Notes under the pieces: model-generated
What the model was told of the DNA's origin: nothing
What the model saw: the letters and a program-made list of their open reading frames with translations, nothing else
The model's database searches: none
Part shown: one piece after another, positions 22,029-31,618 of the stretch
How the letters are laid out: each line of letters begins with the position of its first letter
Numbering within the stretch: the first letter of the stretch is position 1
Program-made: the position numbers and the translations under genes
Origin: Actinomycetota bacterium
GTDB taxonomy: Bacteria > Actinomycetota > Acidimicrobiia > IMCC26256 > JAENVU01
Direction of reading: 5' to 3'
DNA length: 64,000 nucleotides
Assembly: GCA_016870395.1 (NCBI GenBank)
Contig: VGBT01000007.1
Span: forward strand, 17,268 to 81,267

Positions 22029-22133
22029 GACCGCAGCTCGGGTTGCTATCGTGACGGCAGTTCATGCACCGGTCGATCACGGCATTCGGCTCCCGTCGCC
22101 GGATCTACCCTCAGCAGAGGAGGGCAGCGCACC

Positions 22134-23207
22134 GTGGTAACACCGACCCGGTCGGAAGCGATGCTCGCGGCGCTGCGCTTCGTCGCCCCCGGCCGCCCAC
22201 TGCGTGAGGGCCTCGACCGCATCCTGCAGGCCAAGATGGGTGCGCTCATCGTCATCGGCGACGGCCCCGACGTGCTCGCCCTCTGCTCGGGCGGCTTCCT
22301 GCTCGACGCCGATTTCACGCCCCAGCGCCTCTCGGAGCTGGCGAAGATGGACGGGGCGATGATCCTCTCGTCCGACTGCACCCGGATCGCCCGCGCGAAC
22401 GTCCATCTGGTGCCGGACCCCAACATCCCGACCAGCGAGACCGGGACCCGGCATCGCACGGCCGAGCGCGTGGCCATGCAGATCGATGCACCGGTCATCA
22501 CCATCTCCGAGGAGCTGTCGCTTGTCGCGGTGCACCGCAAAGGAGTGAAGCGGACGCTCGAGCCGGTCGCACGCGTGCTCTCGCGCGCCGACCAGGCGCT
22601 CCAGATCCTCGAGCGGTACAAGACCCGGCTCGATGCCGTGAGCGGCTCGCTCTCCGCGCTCGAGGTCGAGGACCTCGTGACCGTGCGCGACGTGGCCACC
22701 GCGCTCCAGCGGGCCGAGATGGTCCGGCGCATCGCCGAGGAGATCGAGGAGTACGTGATCGAGCTCGGAGCCGACGGCCGCCTGATCCTGCTCCAGCTCG
22801 AGGAGCTGATGGCTGGGGTCGAGGACGATCGCCGCCTCTTCGCGAAGGACTACTACGTCGGCTCGCCCGACTACGAGCTCCACGACGCCACGGGTGCGCT
22901 GGTAACGCTCGACACGGAGTCGCTGCTCGACCTCCGCCTCGTTGCCGAGTTGCTGCACCTCCCACGCGATGCCGGGCTCGACACCGCGATCCAACCCCAC
23001 GGCTTCAGGTTGCTGCACAAGATCCCGCGCCTGCCCGAGATGGTGGCCGATCACGTGGTCGCCCGGTTCGGCTACCTGCAGAAGATCATGCGGGCCGGAG
23101 TGCCGGACCTCGTCGAGGTGGAGGGGGTGGGCGACGCCCGCGCCCGCGCCATCAAGGAGGGCCTGGCGCGCCTGGCCGAGACGAGCATCCTCGAGCGGTA
23201 CGTGTAG
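22134..23207 (+). CDS. disA: DNA integrity scanning diadenylate cyclase DisA
   Basis: LAKMDGA, TGTRHRTA DAC motifs, C-terminal HhH VEGVG..RA; follows radA. Confidence 0.96.
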   Translation: MVTPTRSEAMLAALRFVAPGRPLREGLDRILQAKMGALIVIGDGPDVLALCSGGFLLDADFTPQRLSELAKMDGAMILSSDCTRIARANVHLVPDPNIPTSETGTRHRTAERVAMQIDAPVITISEELSLVAVHRKGVKRTLEPVARVLSRADQALQILERYKTRLDAVSGSLSALEVEDLVTVRDVATALQRAEMVRRIAEEIEEYVIELGADGRLILLQLEELMAGVEDDRRLFAKDYYVGSPDYELHDATGALVTLDTESLLDLRLVAELLHLPRDAGLDTAIQPHGFRLLHKIPRLPEMVADHVVARFGYLQKIMRAGVPDLVEVEGVGDARARAIKEGLARLAETSILERYV

Positions 23208-23296
23208 TCGGGATCGGCGTACGGCGGTCCACGCGCCCCAGGTCGGCAGGCCGGGGGGCGCGGTGATGGGTGGCGCGCGCGGTACGTTCCGGACTC

Positions 23297-24025
23297 ATGG
23301 CAGCACTCGAGCGAGGTCCTCACGAGGCGGATGCGGGACGGGTCGTGCTGCGCGGGGGCGACGGGCAGGCGGTCGACGCGATCCATGCGCGCCCACTCGG
23401 CATGCCCACCCGTGGGATCGTGCTGCACCCCGACATCATGGGATTGCGCCCGCTCTTCGACGACCTCTGCTATCGGCTCGCGACGCACGGCTTCGCGGTG
23501 TGCGCGCCCGAGCCGTTAGCCCGGCTCGACAATCGCGAGCAGCTCGACGCACCGGCACGGATGAAACACGTCGCCGAGCTCCATGACCGCGTCCAGATCG
23601 GCGACCTCGAGCGGGCCGCCGATTACCTCGTCGTCGAGGACGACGTCGCTGATGTCGCGGTGATGGGCTTCTGTGCGGGTGGGATGTACGCGCTCAAGGC
23701 CGCGGCGGGCGGGCGCTTCGACAAGGCGGTCGACTTCTACGGGATGATCCGCGTGCCCGACGGCTGGCGCGGGCCGAGCCTCGCGGAGCCGCTGGACACC
23801 GCGGCTGATGCGTGTGCGACCCTTGCGATCTTCGGCACCGAGGATCCGTTCACCCCCGCTGCCGACGTCGACGCGCTGCGCGCCGCATGGGCGGGCCGGA
23901 CCGACTGCGAGATCGTGATCTACGAGGCAGCGGAGCACGGCTTCGTGCACGATCCCGAGCGGCCCGCACATCGCGGCGACGACGCGGCCGACGCGTGGTC
24001 GAGAGTGCTCGCGTTCCTCGGATGA
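23297..24025 (+). CDS. Dienelactone hydrolase family protein
   Basis: HPDIMG, GFCAGG nucleophile, FYG, FGTEDP, HGFVH. Confidence 0.88.
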   Translation: MAALERGPHEADAGRVVLRGGDGQAVDAIHARPLGMPTRGIVLHPDIMGLRPLFDDLCYRLATHGFAVCAPEPLARLDNREQLDAPARMKHVAELHDRVQIGDLERAADYLVVEDDVADVAVMGFCAGGMYALKAAAGGRFDKAVDFYGMIRVPDGWRGPSLAEPLDTAADACATLAIFGTEDPFTPAADVDALRAAWAGRTDCEIVIYEAAEHGFVHDPERPAHRGDDAADAWSRVLAFLG

Positions 24026-24879
24026 GCCCGGACGAGCTCCGCGCGCTCGCCCCCGAGCCCTTCGCAGCGCTCGACGTGCTGCGGGTGACCCCGGCGGGCA
24101 TCGGTCGTGGCGACCTCGATGCATTGGTCGCAGCCCTCGTCGGCGGGCTGCTCGAGCCCGACGCCCGGTGCGATCGCGAACGCGCGAGCTCGGTTTTCGG
24201 CGACGCGCTCCCGTTCCTCGAACAGATGGTGCTCGACGTGAGCTCGATCACCGACGCGGAGCGGGTCGCGGCCGTCGACGCGCTCGGTGCGGACGCGTTC
24301 TCCGTGGTGCAGTGGTGCTGGTCCGTCGACGTTTGCACCCGGCTCTTTTATGCCTGGCGGCAGCTGTTCGAAGCCGTTCCCCGGCCCGAGACGCTCGACC
24401 CGGCCCCGTCGCTGTGGGAGGCCCTCGAGTCGTTCTTCGCCGCGGTCGCGCGCTGCGACGAGCTCGACCCGGTGACGACCGAGCTCGTGCGCCTGCGCGG
24501 CGCGCGTGCTCACGACTGTCGCCTCTGTCGATCGATCCGGAGTCTGCGCGCTGCCGAAGGCGGCGTGACCGAGGCGACCTACGACGCGGTCGACCACTAC
24601 GAGCGCTCTGCGCTCGCCGAGCGGCACAAGGTCGCACTACGGCTGGTGGACGCGATCGTCTGGCAGCCGGTTGCCTACCCGAGCGGCCTTGCCGAACAGG
24701 TGCGATCGCAGTTCACGCCGGGCGAGGCCGTCGAGCTCGTGCTCGACGTCGCTCGCAACGGGGCGAACAAGATCGCGGTTGCCCTCGGCGCGGATGCGCC
24801 GCACGTGGAGGACGGCATCGAGTACTACGCGATCGCGGCCGACGGCACAGTGGTGTACGGCGGCCAGCCCTCGTACTGA
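24022..24879 (+). CDS. Carboxymuconolactone decarboxylase/AhpD-like protein
   Basis: TTELVRLRGARAHDCRLCRSIR CxxC motif, ERHKVAL..DAI, ELVLDVARN; ATGA-coupled. Confidence 0.7.
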   Translation: MSPDELRALAPEPFAALDVLRVTPAGIGRGDLDALVAALVGGLLEPDARCDRERASSVFGDALPFLEQMVLDVSSITDAERVAAVDALGADAFSVVQWCWSVDVCTRLFYAWRQLFEAVPRPETLDPAPSLWEALESFFAAVARCDELDPVTTELVRLRGARAHDCRLCRSIRSLRAAEGGVTEATYDAVDHYERSALAERHKVALRLVDAIVWQPVAYPSGLAEQVRSQFTPGEAVELVLDVARNGANKIAVALGADAPHVEDGIEYYAIAADGTVVYGGQPSY

Positions 24880-24890
24880 CCGCTCCCGGA

Positions 24891-24922
24891 ATGCCATAAA
24901 CATGCCACTGTTATGGCATGGC
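24891..24922. promoter_or_regulatory. Inverted-repeat operator upstream of the toxin-antitoxin pair
   Basis: ATGCCATAA (24891-24899) and TTATGGCAT (24911-24919) are exact reverse complements; an extra CATGCCA half-site lies in between. Confidence 0.6.
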
Positions 24923-25154
24923 TTGAACGAGGGTGAGCACGACCGTCGATGCGCGGTTGCTCGCGAGCGCGCGCTCGGCCAACCGGGGCCTCAACGACGC
25001 CGCGCTGCTCGACGCGGCCTTGGAGGCCTTGCTCGCACGCCGCCGCGCCGCGCAGATCGACGCCGCGTACGCCGCGTACGACGCCGCGTCACTCGACGCC
25101 GAAGACGAGTGGAAAGACCCCGCGTCGTTCCGCGAGGCGGGGTCCTCGTCGTGA
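24918..25154 (+). CDS. mazE: MazE-type (RHH) antitoxin, with in-frame TGA at codon 3; intact ORF only from GTG 24933
   Basis: STTVDARLL..AR, DAALLDAAL.ALLAR, IDAAYAAYD, DEW resemble the M. tuberculosis MazE5-type antitoxin (recalled); overlaps the toxin start. Confidence 0.7.
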
Positions 25155-25474
25155 GCCTTCCGGCCCGTGGCGAGGTGTGGTGGTGCCAGCTCCCGCAAAT
25201 CGGTCGCCGCCCCGTTGTCGTGCTCTCACGCGACGCCGCCATCTCGCGGCTGCGCCGGAGTCTCGTGGCACCGTGCACGACCGTGGTGCGCGGCCTCGCC
25301 AGCGAGGTCGTGCTGGAACCGGGCGAGGAGCCGGTCCCGAAGCGCTGCGCCGTGAACCTCGACTCGGTGGAGAGTGTCTCGGTAAAGACGCTGGTCGAAC
25401 GCACGGGCTGGCTGAGCGATGAGCGGATGCGTGAGGTCTGCGCGGCGCTCGCCGTCGCAGTTGCCTGTGACTGA
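25151..25474 (+). CDS. mazF: PemK/MazF family endoribonuclease toxin
   Basis: RGEVWW, GRRPVVVLSRD, VAPCTT..RGLASEV, AVNLDSVESV. Confidence 0.9.
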   Translation: MSLPARGEVWWCQLPQIGRRPVVVLSRDAAISRLRRSLVAPCTTVVRGLASEVVLEPGEEPVPKRCAVNLDSVESVSVKTLVERTGWLSDERMREVCAALAVAVACD

Positions 25475-25539
25475 AGCGCGACGTCTCCCTCCGTAGCCAG
25501 TGGAGGCGTAGCCGTTGCAGGGCGCCCGCGCTGGCGAGG

Positions 25540-26205
25540 CTACGGGTTGGCGCGCAGCTCGAGCTGTTCGCGGTCGAGGATCCGGTAGCGGCTCCGACCC
25601 GTCGCCTCGATCCAGCACAGGCGCGTGAACATCGCAAGCGCCTTGTTGACGCGCTCGCGCGAGGCGCCGACGAGGCCGGCGAGGTCTTCCTGGGTCATCG
25701 GGAGCGCGAACTCGTCGGCGTCGCCGGCCAGCTCGAGCAGGTGCTTCGCGGTACGGGCCGGCACGTCGAGGAACACGGCGTCGGCAAGTGCCTCGTCGGT
25801 GGCGCGCAGGCGCTGGGCGAGCAGGCGGACGATGAGCCAGAGCGTCTCGGGACGGGCTTGCAGCGCCGCGCGCACGTCGTCGTACGCGACCGCCACCAGC
25901 TCGGAGTCGACCAGGGCGCGGGCCTCGGCCGAGCGGGGCTCGTCGTCGAAGAGGCCGAGCTCGCCGAAGAGGCCGCCCGCCTCCATGATCGCCACCATCG
26001 ACTCGCGCCCGTCGTGAGACCGCGTCGAGACGGCCAGTCGGCCCTCGACCACGACGAAGAGCTCCTGGGACCTGTCCCCTTGAGAGAAGAGGAGCTCGCC
26101 CTTCTCGAGCCTCCGGGCCCGGGCCCGATCGCGCAACCCGTCGAGCACCTCGGAGGGGAGCCCGGCGAACAGCTCGGTCGAGTCGAGGAGGCGGCGCTTC
26201 GGCAC
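25540..26205 (-). CDS. Crp/Fnr family transcriptional regulator (GlxR/Crp-like)
   Basis: cNMP motifs FGEL and PRSA, HTH TQEDLAGLVGASRERVNKAL. Confidence 0.92.
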   Translation of the reverse strand: MPKRRLLDSTELFAGLPSEVLDGLRDRARARRLEKGELLFSQGDRSQELFVVVEGRLAVSTRSHDGRESMVAIMEAGGLFGELGLFDDEPRSAEARALVDSELVAVAYDDVRAALQARPETLWLIVRLLAQRLRATDEALADAVFLDVPARTAKHLLELAGDADEFALPMTQEDLAGLVGASRERVNKALAMFTRLCWIEATGRSRYRILDREQLELRANP

Positions 26206-26324
26206 GCGGCCACACTAACCGGGGTACGTCCGGGTGGTTCGGGTGCGGATTCTCGGTGGTTCCCGCGGTCCGGTAGCATGGTCCGTTCTCTCACCTTCCC
26301 CGGTGAGCCCCTTCGAGGAGTTCC

Positions 26325-27056
26325 ATGTCCTTCGACGTCGGAGACAAGGTCGTCTACCCCCATCACGGCGCGGCGACGATCGAGAAGCGCGAGAAGAAGA
26401 CCGCGTTCGGCAAGCGCCAGGACTACCTCGTCCTACGCCTCGCGTACGGCGATCTCACGCTCATGGTCCCCGCCGACAACGCCGAGGAGATCGGCCTGCG
26501 CGACGTGATCAACGACGAGGAGGTCGAGGAGGTGTTCGCGGTCCTTCGCAAGAAGGAGGCGCGCATGCCGACCAACTGGTCGCGCCGGTTCAAGAACCAC
26601 GTCGAGAAGCTGAAGAGCGGCGACATCTACCAGGTGGCCGAGGTCGTTCGGAACCTCACGATCCGGGAGAGGGACAAGGGCCTCTCGGCGGGGGAAAAGC
26701 GCATGCTCGGCAAGGCGCGCCAGATCCTTGTGTCGGAGCTCACGTTCGCGCTCAACGTGAACGAGGAAGCCGCAGAAGAGACCCTCGACGAGGTGCTCGG
26801 CAAGGGCGACGCGCCGACCGCCGGCGATGGGGCTGCGCAGACACCGGCGGAGAGGACGCCCGCGGAGAAGGCCCCCGGGAAGAAGGCGGCGGCGAAGCAG
26901 GCCCCGGCCAAGAAGGCGGCGGCGAAGCAGGCCCCGGCTAAGAAGGCGGCGGCGAAGCAGGCCCCGGCGAAGAAGGCGGCGGCGAAGCAGGCCCCGGCCA
27001 AGAAGGCGGCGGCGAAGCAGGCCCCGGCGAAGAAGGCGGCGGCGAGCACCAAGTGA
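26325..27056 (+). CDS. carD: CarD family RNA-polymerase-binding regulator with Lys/Ala/Pro-rich C-terminal tail
   Basis: [22 protein letters not shown] (conserved Trp), [16 protein letters not shown]; upstream of ispD/ispF. Confidence 0.95.
   Translation: MSFDVGDKVVYPHHGAATIEKREKKTAFGKRQDYLVLRLAYGDLTLMVPADNAEEIGLRDVINDEEVEEVFAVLRKKEARMPTNWSRRFKNHVEKLKSGDIYQVAEVVRNLTIRERDKGLSAGEKRMLGKARQILVSELTFALNVNEEAAEETLDEVLGKGDAPTAGDGAAQTPAERTPAEKAPGKKAAAKQAPAKKAAAKQAPAKKAAAKQAPAKKAAAKQAPAKKAAAKQAPAKKAAASTK
26871..27046 (+). repeat. 30-bp tandem repeat (5 full units plus a partial) encoding [10 protein letters not shown]
   Basis: GCCCCGGCNAAGAAGGCGGCGGCGAAGCAG units at 26871, 26901, 26931, 26961, 26991 and partial at 27021. 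Confidence 0.95.
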
Positions 27057-27168
27057 TGCGACCCTGATCCGGCCGTGATCCGGGGTCTGGCAGACGCCTC
27101 GTTCAAGGCGACCACCTCCCGCGCCGATCCTTAGGGGGTTCGCGGTTCCGAGGGAGGCGACGCCGGCC

Positions 27169-28290
27169 GTGTTCGTCGAAGTCACTCGGCTCTTCACGGT
27201 GGTGCTGCTCACGGCAGCCGGCTTCCTCGTGGGCTCGGACCTGGGCGCCGCCGACCAGACGTTCGCCGGCATCGGCGGGATGCTCGGATGCCTCATCGGC
27301 TACCTGGGCGGCGGGCTGCTGGGTCGTATGCTCGAGCGGGCCGTCGGCGTCGTGGAGCGCCGCGTCGAGCGGGTGCCGCTCCCGCAGGTGCTCGCGGGCA
27401 TGGTGGGTGGCGGCGTCGGTGCGGCGCTCGGGCTCATTTTCGCGGTGCCTGCTGCGGTCTACCTGCGGCCGGAGATCTCGCTGCCCATCGGTGGTCTGGC
27501 GATCTGGTTGATGATGTACCTCGGATTCCGGGTCGCGGCGCGCAAGAGCGAGGAGCTCTTCGCGATGGCGGGGCTTTCGACGCGACCGCTCGTGCGCGCG
27601 CGGCCCTATGACGACACCGAGGGGTTCCTCGTCGACTCGTCCGCGGTCATGGACGGCCAGCTCCGGCCGCTGTCGCGCTCCGGCCTCTTCCGGGACGACC
27701 TGCTCGTGCCGCGCTTCGTGCTCGACGAGCTGCAGGGGATGGCCGACGCTGGCGACGAGCGCAGCCGCCGAGCGAGGCAGGGACTCGAGACGCTCGAGGT
27801 GCTGCGGCGCGAGGCGCCCAATCGCGTCTACGTGGTGGACGACGAGGTGCCCGAGGTGGACGAGGTCGACGCGAAGCTCGTCGCCCTGTGTCGCCGACTG
27901 CAGCTGCGCCTCCTGACCAACGACGTCAACCTGGCCAAGGTGGCCGAGCTCCAGGGTGTCCCCGCGGTGATCCCACGGCGGCTGGCGGCCGACCTGCTCC
28001 CCGGCGTGCTGGCCGGTGAGACGATCGAGGTCGCGCTGACCCGTCCCGGCCGCCATCCGGGCCAGGGGGTCGGGTTCTTCGAGGACGGGTCGATGGTCGT
28101 GGTCAACGGCGGGGCGGATCTCGTCGGCGCGGGTGCGGTCGCCCTCGTGGTGTCGTCGATCGTGCCGACGAGCGCGGGACGGATCGTGTTCGCCCGGATC
28201 AACGACGCCCGGGAGCGCCACGAGCGTCCCTCCACGGACAGAGAGGTGGTCCCGGCGCCTTCAGGTGGGCCCGACTCGGGCCATCATTGA
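27169..28290 (+). CDS. Membrane-anchored PIN/TRAM domain protein (YacL-like)
   Basis: Four N-terminal TM helices, PIN motifs LVDSSAVMDG, VLDELQ, VDAKL, TND; TRAM GQGVGFFEDGSMVVV. Confidence 0.88.
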   Translation: MFVEVTRLFTVVLLTAAGFLVGSDLGAADQTFAGIGGMLGCLIGYLGGGLLGRMLERAVGVVERRVERVPLPQVLAGMVGGGVGAALGLIFAVPAAVYLRPEISLPIGGLAIWLMMYLGFRVAARKSEELFAMAGLSTRPLVRARPYDDTEGFLVDSSAVMDGQLRPLSRSGLFRDDLLVPRFVLDELQGMADAGDERSRRARQGLETLEVLRREAPNRVYVVDDEVPEVDEVDAKLVALCRRLQLRLLTNDVNLAKVAELQGVPAVIPRRLAADLLPGVLAGETIEVALTRPGRHPGQGVGFFEDGSMVVVNGGADLVGAGAVALVVSSIVPTSAGRIVFARINDARERHERPSTDREVVPAPSGGPDSGHH

Positions 28291-28293
28291 ACG

Positions 28294-28932
28294 GTGCAGA
28301 CCTGGGTGATCGTGGTCGCGGCCGGCGCGGGCCGACGCTTCGGGGCGGCCAAGCAGTTCCTCGCTCTCGGGGGAGAGCGGATCGTGGACCGAGCGTTGCG
28401 CGTGGCGCGCCGACATGCCGATGGGGTGGTGGTCGTGCTGCCCCGGGGTTGTGTCTGGGACGGACCGCCGGTGGATGCCGCCACCGAGGGCGGGCCGACG
28501 CGCTCGGCGTCGGTGCGCGCCGGACTGGAACGCGTGCCCGAGTCGGCCGAGGTGATCGTCGTGCACGACGCGGCGCGTCCCCTGGCATCCGACGTGCTCT
28601 ACGACGCGGTCATCGCTGCGGTGGCCGAGGGTGCCGACGGCGCGGTGCCGGCGGTGGCGGTCGCCGACACCGTCAAGCGCGTGCGAGGCTCCCGGATCGT
28701 GGCCACGATCCCGCGCGACGATCTCGTCACGGTGCAGACACCGCAGGCCTTCGCTGCCGAACGGCTGCGTGCCGCGCACGGGACCGAGGCCGAGGGCACC
28801 GACGACGCGGCCCTGGTCGAGGCGGCCGGAGGGGTCGTGGTGGTCGTGCCCGGCGAGCCGGCAAACCTCAAGGTGACCGATCGAGACGACCTCGCGCGGG
28901 CCGAGGCGCTCTTGGCCGAGTTGCAGACATGA
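28294..28932 (+). CDS. ispD: 2-C-methyl-D-erythritol 4-phosphate cytidylyltransferase
   Basis: AAGAGRRFG..KQF, GGPTRSASV, VHDAARP, QTPQAF, TDDA, NLKVT. Confidence 0.95.
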   Translation: MQTWVIVVAAGAGRRFGAAKQFLALGGERIVDRALRVARRHADGVVVVLPRGCVWDGPPVDAATEGGPTRSASVRAGLERVPESAEVIVVHDAARPLASDVLYDAVIAAVAEGADGAVPAVAVADTVKRVRGSRIVATIPRDDLVTVQTPQAFAAERLRAAHGTEAEGTDDAALVEAAGGVVVVVPGEPANLKVTDRDDLARAEALLAELQT

Positions 28933-29420
28933 TTCGCGTCGGACTCGGCTTCGACGTCCACCCGTTCGGTGGGAACAGTCCGCTCGTCCTCGGGGGAGTG
29001 ACGATCGAGGGCCAGGGGCTCGCCGGCCACTCGGATGCCGACGTCGTCGCGCACGCGGTCGCCGACGCGCTGCTCGGTCCGGTCGGGCTCCCCGATCTCG
29101 GGACGCTGTTCCCGGCGAGCGACGACCGTTACCGGGGCGTCTCGTCGATCGAGTTGCTTGCCGACGTCGCGGGACGGGTAGCGCGCGAGCGCTGGTGGCT
29201 CGGCAACGTCGACGTGGTGATCGCCGCCGAGCAGCCACGGCTCTCCCCCCATGTTGCCGCGATGGCAGCGAACGTGGAGGCCGCACTCGCCGAGCTTCGA
29301 GAGCCGATGGGCCCGGGCGTGATGGTCTCGATCACGCCGAAGCGGGGCGAGGGTCTGGGCTTCGTGGGCCGGGCCGAGGGCATCGCCGCGTGGGCGGTTT
29401 CCCTGCTCGAGCGCGGCTGA
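28929..29420 (+). CDS. ispF: 2-C-methyl-D-erythritol 2,4-cyclodiphosphate synthase
   Basis: RVGLGFDVH, GHSDADV, DALLG, EGLGFVGRAEGIAA; ATGA-coupled. Confidence 0.95.
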   Translation: MIRVGLGFDVHPFGGNSPLVLGGVTIEGQGLAGHSDADVVAHAVADALLGPVGLPDLGTLFPASDDRYRGVSSIELLADVAGRVARERWWLGNVDVVIAAEQPRLSPHVAAMAANVEAALAELREPMGPGVMVSITPKRGEGLGFVGRAEGIAAWAVSLLERG

Positions 29421-29442
29421 TTGGCCGGTAGCCTCCGGTCCC

Positions 29443-30819
29443 ATGGTCCGCATCCACGACACGTTGCTGGGACGCGACGTCGAGCTCGAGCCTCGCGTCC
29501 CCGGCCGGGTGTCGATCTACGTGTGCGGCCCGACGGTCTACGAGGTTCCCCACGTCGGTCACGGCCGCACGGCACTCGTCTACGACGTGATCCGGCGCTA
29601 CCTCGAGTGGCGTGGGTTCGCCGTCGCGTACGTGAGCAACGTGACCAACGTCGACGACAGGATCATCGCCCGGGCCGCGGCGGAAGGCGCGACCGAGCAG
29701 GAGATCTCCGCGCGCTACGAGGCCACCTACTGGGCCGAGCTGGAGCGCCTCGGCGTACGACGCCCCGACGACGTGCCGCACGCCACCGAGTTCATCGAGC
29801 CGATGGTCGATCTCATCGCGCAGCTCGTCGCGTCGGGGCATGCCTACGTGATCGAGGGCGAGGGTGTGTACTTCGCTGTCGACAGCTACGGGGGCTACGG
29901 CGAGCTCTCCCACCGGCGTCTCGGCGACCTCCTCGACAGCGCGGGATCGCGGGTCGACGTCGACGAGCGCAAGCGGAGCCCGGTCGACTTCGCGCTCTGG
30001 AAGGCGGCGAAGCCGGGTGAGCCCGACTGGGACTCGCCGTGGGGGCGGGGCCGGCCGGGGTGGCACATCGAGTGCTCGGCGATGTCGCTCGAGCTGCTGG
30101 GCGAGGGCTTCGACATCCACGGCGGTGGTGACGACCTGGTCTTCCCGCACCACGAGAACGAGCGGGCGCAGGCGGAGGCGGCCGGCCACGAGTTCGCACG
30201 CCACTGGATCCACTCGGGCATGGTGATGATCGGTGGCGAGAAGATGTCGAAGTCGCTCGGCAACTTCACGACCCTCGGCGAGGCGATCGACGCGCACGGA
30301 GACCGCGCCTTCCGCCTCGCCGTGCTCCAGGTCCACTACCGGTCGCAGATGGAGCTCGGCGACACCGAGCTGCGTGCCGCGGCCGAGGCGGTCGGGCGGC
30401 TCGACGCGCTCGTTCGCCGCACCGTGGCAGCCGGGATCGCGGTGACCGGTGTGCCGGTGGCCGACGACGTGGCCGACCGGTTCCGCGCCGCGATGGACGA
30501 CGACTTCGGGACCCCGGGCGGGGTCGGGGTGGTCTTCGACACGGTCCGGCGCGCGAACAGCGCGATCGACGCGGGCGACGAGCCGGGCGCGGCACGTCTG
30601 GTCGCCACCGTCGTGGAGCTGGCGGGCGCGCTCGGACTCGAGGTCGGCGCAGGGGAGACGGTCGCCGAGCGCGATGCGGAGATCGACGCGATGGTGGCCG
30701 AGCGAGACGCGGCGCGGGCCACCAAGGACTTCGCCGCTGCCGACCGCCTTCGCGACGAGCTCACCGCGCGCGGGATCACGTTGGAGGACACACCGCGCGG
30801 CACCGTCTGGCACCGATGA
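29443..30819 (+). CDS. cysS: Cysteine--tRNA ligase
   Basis: YVCGPTVY, HVGH (HIGH), GRPGWHIECSAM, FPHHENE, KMSKS. Confidence 0.97.
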   Translation: MVRIHDTLLGRDVELEPRVPGRVSIYVCGPTVYEVPHVGHGRTALVYDVIRRYLEWRGFAVAYVSNVTNVDDRIIARAAAEGATEQEISARYEATYWAELERLGVRRPDDVPHATEFIEPMVDLIAQLVASGHAYVIEGEGVYFAVDSYGGYGELSHRRLGDLLDSAGSRVDVDERKRSPVDFALWKAAKPGEPDWDSPWGRGRPGWHIECSAMSLELLGEGFDIHGGGDDLVFPHHENERAQAEAAGHEFARHWIHSGMVMIGGEKMSKSLGNFTTLGEAIDAHGDRAFRLAVLQVHYRSQMELGDTELRAAAEAVGRLDALVRRTVAAGIAVTGVPVADDVADRFRAAMDDDFGTPGGVGVVFDTVRRANSAIDAGDEPGAARLVATVVELAGALGLEVGAGETVAERDAEIDAMVAERDAARATKDFAAADRLRDELTARGITLEDTPRGTVWHR

Positions 30820-31604
30820 GCAGAGGTGCGTCTCCCCGTCGCGGCGCAGGCCGCGGCGCTGACCGCGGCGAGGGACTGGGCGGTGACCAGGTGGAAGGCC
30901 GCCAGGCCGTGCGGGAGCTGCTGCGCGCGGGGCGCCGCCGTGTGCGCGAGCTGTGGGTGGCGCCGAGCCGTGACGCGCCCGTGCTCGACGAGATCCTCGA
31001 CCTCGCGGGGGCGGCCGGTGTTCGGGTGCGCCAGGTGAGCGCGGTGGAGCTCGACGCGCGTGCCCGCACCGAGTCGCCGCAGGGAGTGCTGGCGCGCGCC
31101 GCGCCGGTGGAGCCGGCCGACCTCGACGACCTCCTCGCCCGACCCGACGCGTTCCTCGTCGCGCTCGACGGCGTCACCGACCCGGGCAACCTCGGCGCGG
31201 TGCTCCGGGTGGCGGAGACGGCGGGAGCGACCGGGGTGGTGCTGGCGCGCCACCGCTCGGCGCGGCTCTCACCGGCCGCGGTGAAGGCGGCCGCCGGTGC
31301 CGTGGAGTGGCTGGCGATCGCCACCGCGGCCGGCATCCCGGCTGTGCTCGACCGCGCCCAGCGGGCCGGGGTTTGGTCGGTCGGGCTCGACGCGGCAGGA
31401 GACGCCGAGGTGTTCGAGCTCGCCGTCGCCGACCGGCCGCTCATGCTCGTGCTCGGCGCGGAGGGCCGTGGCCTCTCGCGCCTCGCGCGCGACCGCTGTG
31501 ATCTGGTCGCGAGCGTTGCGATGTACGGCCGGCTGGAGAGCCTCAACGTCGCCACCGCAGCCGCCGTCGCGTTCCACGCGGTCGCCCGACAACGGGCCCG
31601 GTAA
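30816..31604 (+). CDS. rlmB: 23S rRNA (Gm2251) 2'-O-methyltransferase, TrmH family
   Basis: VEGRQAVRE, PQGV, LDGVTDPGNLGA, LGAEGRG, ESLNVA; follows cysS. Confidence 0.92.
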   Translation: MSRGASPRRGAGRGADRGEGLGGDQVEGRQAVRELLRAGRRRVRELWVAPSRDAPVLDEILDLAGAAGVRVRQVSAVELDARARTESPQGVLARAAPVEPADLDDLLARPDAFLVALDGVTDPGNLGAVLRVAETAGATGVVLARHRSARLSPAAVKAAAGAVEWLAIATAAGIPAVLDRAQRAGVWSVGLDAAGDAEVFELAVADRPLMLVLGAEGRGLSRLARDRCDLVASVAMYGRLESLNVATAAAVAFHAVARQRAR

Positions 31605-31618
31605 CTTGGATGCCCCCT

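Noticed and set aside
26871-27046. Tandem repeat as a CRISPR array
   Set aside because: Units are contiguous with no spacers, lie in frame within carD, and no cas genes are present
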